Below are positions 25,030-32,000 of a stretch of 32,000 nucleotides of DNA, in pieces. The stretch comes from Puniceicoccales bacterium (GTDB lineage Bacteria > Verrucomicrobiota > Verrucomicrobiia > Opitutales > JAIRLG01): assembly GCA_031288595.1 (NCBI GenBank), contig JAITRB010000008.1:1-32000 (forward strand). Reading direction: 5' to 3'. Below the pieces are notes generated by a model. The model was not told the DNA's origin. It saw only the letters and a list, made by a program, of their open reading frames with translations, and did no database searches. Within the stretch, counting starts at the first letter, position 1. Each line of letters starts with the position of its first letter. Position numbers and translations under genes: made by a program.

Positions 25030-27618
25030 TCAGTCAAGCACCAGGTTGAGAAGTTTCTGCGGGACCCAGATGATGCGGCGAATCGTCTTCTCGTCGAGGT
25101 AGGGGCGCAATTTTTCCCTGGCCAGAGCCGCCCGTAGGGCTTCTTCCCGACTGCAGTTCAGGGGGAGATCCAATTCATCCCTCGGCTTGCCATTGACCAT
25201 GAGGACGATGCGGCCGCGCTCGGCGACGAGGAGTTGCGGGTCGAATCGCGGCCATGGGGCCTTGCTGATGCTAAAAGTCTCCCCTAAACGACTCCAGAGC
25301 TCCTCGGCGATGTGGGGGGCGAAGGGGGCCAGGAGCTGGAGGAAGACCTTGGCCGAATGCCGGCTGAGGGAGGAGGAAGTGGCCCCATTGACGAAGATCA
25401 TCATCTGGGAAATAGCCGTGTTGAAACGCAGCTGCTCGATATCCTCCGTCACCTTGCGAATCGTCTCGTGTAGTCGGGGAAGCAGAGCCTCGTCGTCTTC
25501 TTCGGCCCAATCCTGTCCCATTCCATCGTCCTGAATGAAGAGCCGCCATACCTTTTTTAGAAAGCGGGAGCAGCCCTCGATGCCCTGGGTATTCCAGGGC
25601 TTCATCGCGTCCAGAGGACCGAGAAACATCTCGTAGAGCCGCAGCGTATCGGCCCCATGGCTTCGGATGACTTCGTCCGGATTAACCACATTACCACGGC
25701 TCTTGGACATTTTACTGCCGTCCTCGCCGAGGATAATGCCCTGATGGAAGAGATGTGGATAGGGTTCGGGCCTGTCGATGGCGGCGATGTCGAAGAGGAA
25801 GCGCTGCCAGAACCGAGCGTAGAGGAGGTGTAACACGGCATGTTCCGCTCCGCCGATGTAGAAATCCGGACTGCCCCAGTAGTGCAGGCTTCCGGGGTCG
25901 ACCGGCGCCTGTAGATCGTGCGGACTGAGGTAGCGCAGGTGGTACCAGCAAGAACCGGCCCACTGGGGCATCGTGTGGGTCTCCCGTCTGGCGAAAACCC
26001 AGTCCTCACCCGAGGGGATGTCTTGGCTCTGTGGCCGAATCTCCCCTGTCCGGAGATGGACCAGGATTTCGCAGAAATCTTCAGCCCTCCTCAGCGGACT
26101 TTCGCCCTGATCCGAAGGCTGGTAGGATACCACCGGCGGCAACTGAAGCGGCAGCTCCTTCGAGCTCAGGGGGATGGCGATCCAGGTGATGTCTCCCTCC
26201 TGGTAGGAGATGGCCTTGGAAGGAAGGAATTCCCTGAAGTATAAATCGGGCAGGCTTAGAGCTCGCTCGTAATCCCCTTGCTGGATCCAGAAAATGGGAA
26301 TCGGTTCCCCCCAGTAGCGCTGTCGAGAGAAGAGCCAGTCGCGCAATTTGTACTGCACGCAGGCCTTGCCGCGGCCCAGGGCTTCCAGCTGTGCCGTGAT
26401 CTTCTGCCGCGCCTGCGCCGAATCCAGGCCATTGAAGGCTTCGGAATGAAAGAGGATCCCGTCGTCGCAGAAGGGGAGCTTGCAAGCCGTCTCGTCTCCC
26501 TTTGGGACTGGCTGGATGACGGGAAGGATGGCCAGTCCGAATTTCTGGGCGAAGGCGAAATCCCGCTCGTCATGGGCCGGAACCGCCATGACGGCGCCGC
26601 TGCCATAGCTCCCGAGAACGTAGTCCGCGACCCAGATGGGAATGTTTTTCCCCGTCAGGGGATGGATGGCCTGGGCCCCGCTGAACACACCGGTTTTTTC
26701 CCGAGCCAGGCCACCGCGCTCCAAATCGCTCTTCCGCCGGGCCCGCTCGATATAATCCTCCACCTCTCCGCGCTGGGCCGCACTCGCGAGGATCGGCAGC
26801 AGCGGATGTTCCGGTGCCAGAACCAGGTAGGTCACCCCGTAAATCGTGTCGCAGCGGGTCGTGTAGACGGCCAGCGAATCCACCCGTCCCTCGATGTCGA
26901 AGCGGATCTCCGTCCCCTCCGAGCGACCGATCCAGGCCCGCTGCTGCTGCTTCGTCGACTCCGGCCAATCCAGGGCATCGAGGTTCTCCAAAAGCCTGTC
27001 GGCGTAGGCGGTGATGCGCAATATCCACTGGCGCAGATTGCGCCGTTCTACCGGATGATTCCCGCGCTCGGAACGGCCGTCGATGACCTCCTCATTGGCC
27101 AGCACGGACTTCAGCTCAGGGCACCACCAGACTGGCCGCTCATCCACATAGGCAAGACCTTGCTTGAAGAGTTGTAGGAAAATCCACTGCGTCCAGCGGT
27201 AGTAGTCCGGATCAGTCGTATTGATCTCGCGCTCCCAGTCGATGGCAAAACCCAGGCGGCGAATCTGTTCCCGAAAATGCCCGATGTTCTGGGCGGTATT
27301 GATGGCCGGGGCCTGGCCGGTGAGAAGGGCATGCTGCTCGGCCGGAAGACCGAAGGCATCCCAACCCATTGGGTGCAGGACGTTATACCCGCAACTCCAC
27401 TTATAACGGGCCAGGATATCGGAGGCGGTATAGCCTTCCGGATGTCCGATATGCAGCCCGGCACCCGAAGGGTAGGGGAACATATCGAGAACGTAGTACT
27501 TTTTCTTCCCGCAATCGATGGGTTCCGTCGCGAAGGTCTTCTCCTCTAACCACCGCGCCTGCCAAAAGGCCTCAATTTTTTGGAAATCGTAAAATCCGCC
27601 ATCGCCGTGCGCTTTCAT
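25030..27618 (-). CDS. leuS: Leucine--tRNA ligase
   Basis: 862 aa. YVLDMFPYPSGAGLHIGHPEGY (HIGH region), KMSKSRGN (KMSKS), and a CP1 editing-domain insert. The length is typical of bacterial LeuRS. Confidence 0.95.
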   Translation of the reverse strand: MKAHGDGGFYDFQKIEAFWQARWLEEKTFATEPIDCGKKKYYVLDMFPYPSGAGLHIGHPEGYTASDILARYKWSCGYNVLHPMGWDAFGLPAEQHALLTGQAPAINTAQNIGHFREQIRRLGFAIDWEREINTTDPDYYRWTQWIFLQLFKQGLAYVDERPVWWCPELKSVLANEEVIDGRSERGNHPVERRNLRQWILRITAYADRLLENLDALDWPESTKQQQRAWIGRSEGTEIRFDIEGRVDSLAVYTTRCDTIYGVTYLVLAPEHPLLPILASAAQRGEVEDYIERARRKSDLERGGLAREKTGVFSGAQAIHPLTGKNIPIWVADYVLGSYGSGAVMAVPAHDERDFAFAQKFGLAILPVIQPVPKGDETACKLPFCDDGILFHSEAFNGLDSAQARQKITAQLEALGRGKACVQYKLRDWLFSRQRYWGEPIPIFWIQQGDYERALSLPDLYFREFLPSKAISYQEGDITWIAIPLSSKELPLQLPPVVSYQPSDQGESPLRRAEDFCEILVHLRTGEIRPQSQDIPSGEDWVFARRETHTMPQWAGSCWYHLRYLSPHDLQAPVDPGSLHYWGSPDFYIGGAEHAVLHLLYARFWQRFLFDIAAIDRPEPYPHLFHQGIILGEDGSKMSKSRGNVVNPDEVIRSHGADTLRLYEMFLGPLDAMKPWNTQGIEGCSRFLKKVWRLFIQDDGMGQDWAEEDDEALLPRLHETIRKVTEDIEQLRFNTAISQMMIFVNGATSSSLSRHSAKVFLQLLAPFAPHIAEELWSRLGETFSISKAPWPRFDPQLLVAERGRIVLMVNGKPRDELDLPLNCSREEALRAALAREKLRPYLDEKTIRRIIWVPQKLLNLVLD

Positions 27619-27680
27619 GGTGCAGATCTCTCTGATGTCATCCGATGGATGAGGCGAGGAGCTATTCCAATCCTTTCGCC

Positions 27681-28913
27681 CTAGGATGAGGGATGCTTAA
27701 CGGGGATCTGCTTCAGGTAATTGGCGAAGGGCAAGCCCTCCTCATCCCTCAGCTCGGGATTACCCTGGATGAGAGGCAGGGCATACCTTGAAAAAATAGG
27801 CTGGACGTGGCAGGCATCTTCCTCCAACCAGTTGAGGGGAAATGCTTTTTCCGACTGGATGACATTCGACAGGTCCGTGAGGTCGTACTTCACGCCGTAG
27901 GAATTCCCCTCTTCCCGCAGGAGTGTCAGCATCTGTCCCGAATGCCCCTCGATGGCCCACCGTACCGCCTGGCGACCTCCGCCAAAGGCCTCTGTCAGGT
28001 CCGTCTGGGAGGCCCAGTGGGCCGCTGCTCCCTGGGTCGCGCCCAACGAGATGACGCGGACGGGCACATTGAGCTCGGCGTTGATCATGGCCTTCAGGAG
28101 GCTGCCTGCGCCGGCCATCGCCGCAGGAAAATCCGCCTTTGAAATGATGGAATTTCCCTCGGCATCGACGATGCCCTCGGCGACGACGAGGAGGCAGTGA
28201 TTCAAGGACTGCAGGACGGTCTGGACGTCATTGAGCAGCTGCTCCTTGGAAAAGGCCACCTCCGGCAGATAGAGGATGTGAGGAGCATCCTCCGGATGAT
28301 TCGCTCTCTTGGCCAAAGAGGCGCCGGCGGCCAACCAACCCGTGTGCCGTCCCGCGACCTCGACCACCGACACGAGGTGGGGAAGTCCAGAGGAGAGTCC
28401 GTCCATGGCCACTTCCCGCACCGTCGTGGCGATGTACTTCAATGCACTTCCGTAGCCCGGGCAATGATCGGTCACGGCGAGATCGTTGTCAATGCTCTGG
28501 GGAAGCCCCATCGTCTGCAGCGGCCAGGCCTGTTCCTGGGCATAGCTGTGGAGGCGGAAGAGTTCTTCCTGCGCCGAGCGGTCACCGATGCTGAAGAAAT
28601 AGCGGATGTGATGATTTTTTAAAACTTCTAAAATGCGCGGAAAATCCTCCGCCTTCGAGGGACTGCGCGGCCCGAGGCCGAGGGCCGCACCGGCCCTCGT
28701 CTTCAGGGCCCGAATATTCTGCTGCGATTCGGCGGCCAGGTCGATGAAATGCCCCCCCAAAATTCCAGAAAATCCCCGCAATCCACCGTAAATTTCCCCG
28801 ATGCATTCGTGGTCTAGGGCCTCGGCGATGATACCGCTGAGACTCGCATTGCTCGCACAGGAAGCACTGCCGGACTGTATCACCAATAAATTGCCGCTCG
28901 CCATCGTTTCCAT
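27681..28913 (-). CDS. Phosphofructokinase-family protein with degenerate catalytic motifs (function uncertain)
   Basis: It aligns by eye to E. coli PfkA motifs: SIDNDL (TIDND kept), VVEVAGRHTGW (MGR becomes AGR), LPEVAFS (PEVEFS kept). Other motifs are degenerate: QSGSASCASNAS for SGGDAPGMNA, FSIGDRSA for IGGDGS, and LGATQGAAAH for LGHIQRGG. The start was chosen at the ATG at 28913 (METMASGNLLVIQSG), preceded by a purine-rich GAGAGAAG. 28976 and 28904 are alternatives. Confidence 0.75.
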   Translation of the reverse strand: METMASGNLLVIQSGSASCASNASLSGIIAEALDHECIGEIYGGLRGFSGILGGHFIDLAAESQQNIRALKTRAGAALGLGPRSPSKAEDFPRILEVLKNHHIRYFFSIGDRSAQEELFRLHSYAQEQAWPLQTMGLPQSIDNDLAVTDHCPGYGSALKYIATTVREVAMDGLSSGLPHLVSVVEVAGRHTGWLAAGASLAKRANHPEDAPHILYLPEVAFSKEQLLNDVQTVLQSLNHCLLVVAEGIVDAEGNSIISKADFPAAMAGAGSLLKAMINAELNVPVRVISLGATQGAAAHWASQTDLTEAFGGGRQAVRWAIEGHSGQMLTLLREEGNSYGVKYDLTDLSNVIQSEKAFPLNWLEEDACHVQPIFSRYALPLIQGNPELRDEEGLPFANYLKQIPVKHPSS

Positions 28914-29068
28914 ACGCTTCTCTCTTTGTAGATTTTCTGTAAGGGGAAAGCTGCTCTTTTTGGGAGGTGAAAGCAATCTAAAAACGGTCAGAGGGCCTTC
29001 GGGGTCTGTGAAAATTTCTCAGCGATTTCTGTTTGAAAATTTTTTACGGACTGCTAGATAAAAATTCC

Positions 29069-29692
29069 ATGAGAGGAGAGGAATCTGGAGACCAAAGCCC
29101 GAAGGGCGTATCGGGGATGGACGCTGACTTCCGGGATGCATCGCGGAAATCCGCAGCTCCTACGGCGGAGGAGCTGGGCGCTGCGGCCGAGGGGATGGGC
29201 TCCCAAGGAATGCCTGTTTCTCCGGAGGAGAGGAAGTACCTGGCCGCCTATGTCCAGCTACAGGCTGATTTCGAGAATTTCAAAAAGCGGGCCGCACGGG
29301 AGCGGGAGGAATGGCTCAAGCTTTCCAATCGCCGGCTCATCGAGGAACTGCTGACCATCGTCGACCATCTCGACCTCGCCCTGCAGTCGGCCAAACCCGA
29401 AGATGAGAAGGGACAGCAGATCACCCAGGGCTTCGCGATGATCGTCGGGCAGTTTAAAAAGCTACTGGCCGAGCAGGGTTTGGTCGAAGTGGGGAAGGTC
29501 GGAGAGCCCTTCAACCCCAGAGATCACGAAGCGGTGGGTCAGAGCACCCATCCGACGGTCCCCATCGACCATATCTGCCAGCTCGTCCGGCCGGGCTATC
29601 GACTCCACGACTTCACCTTACGCCCCGCCTCGGTCATCGTATCCCATGGCCCAGAAAGGGAAAACAAGCCGAAGGAGGAAGTCCTCTCATGA
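29069..29692 (+). CDS. grpE: Nucleotide exchange factor GrpE
   Basis: [21 protein letters not shown] and the C-terminal [12 protein letters not shown]...[17 protein letters not shown] are GrpE hallmarks. The start is uncertain (29033, 29069 or 29117 in frame). The stop overlaps the dnaJ ATG (ATGA). Confidence 0.85.
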   Translation: MRGEESGDQSPKGVSGMDADFRDASRKSAAPTAEELGAAAEGMGSQGMPVSPEERKYLAAYVQLQADFENFKKRAAREREEWLKLSNRRLIEELLTIVDHLDLALQSAKPEDEKGQQITQGFAMIVGQFKKLLAEQGLVEVGKVGEPFNPRDHEAVGQSTHPTVPIDHICQLVRPGYRLHDFTLRPASVIVSHGPERENKPKEEVLS

Positions 29693-30855
29693 GTGCAGCC
29701 GAGGATTATTACGGGCTCCTGGGGGTATCCAAAACGGCGACGGAGGACGAGATCAAGAAGGCCTATCGGAAGATGGCCGTCAAATACCATCCGGATAAGA
29801 ACCCGGGCGACAAGAATGCCGAGGAGAAGTTCAAGAAGATCTCAGCGGCCTATGAGGTACTCCATGACCCATCCAAACGCGCGGCCTATGACCGTTACGG
29901 AGCGGCGGCCTTCGATCCCCAGTCAGGTGGCATGGGCGGAGCGACCCGAGGAGGATTTCAGGGAAGCTTTCACCAGGAATTCGGAGGATTCTCCAATCCT
30001 TTTGATATTTTCCGCGAGGTCTTCGGCGGGGGCATCGGCGAGTTCTTCGGCGGCGGCCGTTCCCACCGCAGTGGCTCCCGCTCCTCATCCGGAGCTGACC
30101 TGCGCTACGACCTGGAAATCACGCTCCTGGAGGCCTTTCGTGGGGTCGAGAAGACCCTAAGTTACCACCGCCATGTGGCTTGTACCCATTGCCATGGCAG
30201 TGGGGCGGAGAAGGGCTCTTCGCGTACTACCTGCGCGACCTGTCGAGGTTCGGGCTGTGTCACGACCTCCCAGGGCTACATGACGATTCAGCAGAGCTGC
30301 CCGCGCTGCCAGGGTCAGGGAGTGGTGATCGAAAAGCCCTGTCCGCACTGCTACGGCGAGGGAAGGGTCGTGGAGTCGACGACGACGAAGGTTCGGGTAC
30401 CGGCCGGGATCGATTCCGGCATGCAGCTGCGCCTAGCAGGCTTCGGCGAGGTTGGGGAGCAGGGTGGGACTGCGGGCCATCTCTATGTGCGGGTAGAGCT
30501 AAAGGAGGACAAGCATTTCGAACGCCATGGAAATGACCTGCACTGCCGCGTGTCTCTGCCCTTTTCTTTACTGGTTCTCGGCGGCGAGACGAATATCGAT
30601 ACCATCGACGGCCAGGCGATTTTGAAAATTCCGGCCGGCACGCAGGCCGAGAGCGTCCTGCGCGTCCGTGGGCAGGGAATGCCCATTCTCGAGCAGGGCG
30701 GTGCTCGGGGAGACCAGCTCGTCCACGTCGCCGTCGAGGTGCCGAAGAAATTGACCCATGAGCAGCGGGAAAAGCTAGAGGCCTTCGCCCAGGCCTGCAG
30801 CTCCTCTTCTAAAAGTAGCTTCTTCGACCGCCTCCGCGGCAGCTTCGGCCTCTGA
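29689..30855 (+). CDS. dnaJ: Molecular chaperone DnaJ (type I)
   Basis: J domain with HPD (DYYGLLGV...[10 protein letters not shown]), a G/F-rich linker, and four CxxCxGxG zinc-finger repeats ([32 protein letters not shown]). Confidence 0.95.
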   Translation: MSAAEDYYGLLGVSKTATEDEIKKAYRKMAVKYHPDKNPGDKNAEEKFKKISAAYEVLHDPSKRAAYDRYGAAAFDPQSGGMGGATRGGFQGSFHQEFGGFSNPFDIFREVFGGGIGEFFGGGRSHRSGSRSSSGADLRYDLEITLLEAFRGVEKTLSYHRHVACTHCHGSGAEKGSSRTTCATCRGSGCVTTSQGYMTIQQSCPRCQGQGVVIEKPCPHCYGEGRVVESTTTKVRVPAGIDSGMQLRLAGFGEVGEQGGTAGHLYVRVELKEDKHFERHGNDLHCRVSLPFSLLVLGGETNIDTIDGQAILKIPAGTQAESVLRVRGQGMPILEQGGARGDQLVHVAVEVPKKLTHEQREKLEAFAQACSSSSKSSFFDRLRGSFGL

Positions 30856-30912
30856 GACCGGGTTAGGGGAGAGATCCTGCTCCATGGGAGATCTTGCTTC
30901 TTTCAAGGGGGC

Positions 30913-31006
30913 GCTGTCTTTGGATTCCGGAGGAATCAGCCCGCTGCGCGGGCTCCAAGGGGAGAAAAAGGAAAAACTTTCCTTTTTCTCCCCTTGCAAA
31001 GACAGC
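30913..31006 (+). repeat. Cloverleaf-like structured intergenic repeat, copy 7 (+ strand reads arm-A-B-C-arm)
   Basis: Closing stem gctgtctttg (30913-30922) / caaagacagc (30997-31006). Hairpin A gattcc-gga-ggaatc (30923-30937). Hairpin B agcccgc-tgc-gcgggct (30938-30954). Hairpin C caaggggagaaaaaggaaa-aac-tttcctttttctccccttg (30956-30996). It lies in the convergent spacer between dnaJ and the TPR-like gene and is followed by A7. Confidence 0.9.
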
Positions 31007-31046
31007 AAAAAAATAGCCCTAGAGATACTTTTCCCCCGAGAAAGAC

Positions 31047-31739
31047 TCAGGCCATCGCCGGCAGGACGAGTTGCTTCTGAACGGCTGCCGCGAGTTCGCG
31101 AATTTCCCCTAGGGTTTCACCCATAGATTCCGTTTCTTTTCCGAGATCGAGGTAGCTCTGTTCCGCTTCATTCAGAAGAGACAGCGCGCGCTCGAAGTGC
31201 TGCGCATCCCTGTGACATTCGGCCGCAGATAGCAACAAAATTGGATTTTTGGGAAAGAGATTGATGAGGAAGTCGTAGATTTTTGCAGCGGCCCCGATAT
31301 CCTCGTTAGCCAGATCCTCCGCCAACATCACGTAGGCATAGAGATTGGGCTGTCCGTCGTTGGAAAAAAGGGACAGCCATTGGAACAGCTTTCCCGATAG
31401 CTCCGCCTTTCCCTGCTGCAGCAGGGCCTCTGCTTCCTGCTCCAGAGCGGACACCTCTTCCTCGGAAAGGGACTGAAGCGCGGCCTCTATTCCTTCCCTT
31501 TCGAGAACCTGGAAAATCTTAAGGCCGATGCTTTGGAATTCCTCCTGCCGCAGAAGGTGCTGCCAGGCATCCCGATAGGCGCGTTGCGACTGTTCCAGGG
31601 CCCTTTGCAGAGCCGGCTCTTCCTTTTCCGGAAGGGGGATTCTCCGCAGCATAGCCTCGATCCCAACCCCAAAGGCCTCCATTAGCTCCTCCCAGTTCGC
31701 CTCCCCATCGTGCCCAGGTTCCCCTTTTTCCCTATCCAT
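31047..31739 (-). CDS. TPR-like helical-repeat protein (weak resemblance to LcrH/SycD-type chaperones)
   Basis: The start is taken at the ATG at 31739 (MDREKGEPGHDGE...), giving 230 aa. The track start at 31937 would translate straight through repeat copy 8. The C-terminal half has TPR-like A/L/Y spacing. NPILLLSAAECHRDAQHFERALSLL resembles the PRFPFHAAECLLQ segment of SycD/PcrH (recalled from memory). Confidence 0.5.
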   Translation of the reverse strand: MDREKGEPGHDGEANWEELMEAFGVGIEAMLRRIPLPEKEEPALQRALEQSQRAYRDAWQHLLRQEEFQSIGLKIFQVLEREGIEAALQSLSEEEVSALEQEAEALLQQGKAELSGKLFQWLSLFSNDGQPNLYAYVMLAEDLANEDIGAAAKIYDFLINLFPKNPILLLSAAECHRDAQHFERALSLLNEAEQSYLDLGKETESMGETLGEIRELAAAVQKQLVLPAMA

Positions 31740-31750
31740 AACGGAGATGG

Positions 31751-31779
31751 ATTCTAGAAAAAATGTTCGTTCTTGGCAA
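31751..31779 (-). promoter_or_regulatory. Candidate sigma70 promoter giving a near-leaderless transcript for the TPR-like gene
   Basis: On the minus strand: TTGCCA (31779-31774), a 17-nt spacer, then TAGAAT (31756-31751). The -10 ends 11 nt before the ATG at 31739, implying a 5' UTR of only a few nt. No SD is present. Confidence 0.4.
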
Positions 31780-31844
31780 AGTAAAAATGGAGAGATGCGT
31801 CGGGGTCGATGGGACAGGAGAAATAGAGAGGGATAAGGGAAGCT

Positions 31845-31934
31845 TTCCCGCTGTCTTGGAATCCCTTTGGGATTCGCCCGCTTCGCGGGCCGCAGGGAGG
31901 CCGCTCCGCGGCCTCCCTGCCAAGACAGCGGGAA
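31845..31934 (+). repeat. Cloverleaf-like structured intergenic repeat, copy 8 (+ strand reads arm-A-B-C-arm)
   Basis: Closing stem ttcccgctgtcttgg (31845-31859) / ccaagacagcgggaa (31920-31934), 15 bp. Hairpin A aatccc-ttt-gggatt (31860-31874). Hairpin B gcccgc-ttc-gcgggc (31876-31890). Hairpin C gcagggaggccgc-tcc-gcggcctccctgc (31892-31920). This is the only copy whose hairpin C is entirely GC-rich. Confidence 0.88.
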
Positions 31935-32000
31935 CACAGCAAGCCCGGAGGATCCGTGGGGCTGGGGGATACCAACCCTCAGGCATTTGGGTGCTCGGAG

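Noticed and set aside
2663-31934. Possibility that the repeated elements are a CRISPR array or tRNA genes
   Set aside because: The copies are kilobases apart and separated by housekeeping genes, and they differ in sequence, so this is not a CRISPR array. Despite the cloverleaf-like topology, the arm lengths do not fit tRNA geometry: a 10-15 bp closing stem, 3-nt loops and a 12-21 bp third arm. There is no conserved T-loop or D-loop sequence and no anticodon-type 7-nt loop.
31740-31986. N-terminal extension of the TPR-like ORF to 31937 and ORFs 31732..31986 / 31754..31975
   Set aside because: They read through repeat copy 8. The internal ATG at 31739 is preceded by a good promoter and begins the non-repetitive protein sequence.

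Overview
About 57-60% GC (estimated by eye) bacterial chromosomal segment, densely packed with housekeeping genes. The content hints at the PVC superphylum (Verrucomicrobia-like), but this assignment is weak: prepilin-type pseudopilins, a bS22-type mini ribosomal protein, PFOR, and grpE-dnaJ without dnaK.

Genes recognised:
- Minus strand: GH13 pullulanase/debranching-type glycosidase, dnaX, an ABC-F ATPase, kdsB, a 33-aa bS22-like ORF missing from the ORF track, and a MATE transporter.
- Plus strand: a signal-peptide-bearing orphan protein, fabD, ruvC, acpS, thiamine pyrophosphokinase, tyrS, an LtaS-like sulfatase-family membrane protein, gspG and a second pseudopilin.
- Minus strand: PFOR (nifJ), tsf, rpsB, leuS and a divergent PFK-family protein.
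- Plus strand: grpE and dnaJ.
- Minus strand: a TPR-like protein.

The most unusual signal is not a gene. It is a family of eight 81-104 bp intergenic elements, about one per 4 kb. Each has a closing stem (GCYGYCTTTG...CAAAGRCRGC) around three hairpins in a fixed order. The primary sequence varies but stays pairwise compensated, so a cloverleaf-like four-way junction is conserved. I do not recognise it as any named repeat or RNA family.

Secondary points:
- An AT-rich, ORF-less 0.85 kb gap holding an apparent decayed gene, which is one reading frame with two in-frame stops.
- A structured leader with a uORF and triplicated SD/anti-SD repeats in front of the ABC-F gene.
- A PFK paralog with degenerate active-site motifs.
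- A low-complexity secreted orphan protein.

Many long ORFs in the track are antisense or out-of-frame shadows typical of GC-rich DNA and are rejected.
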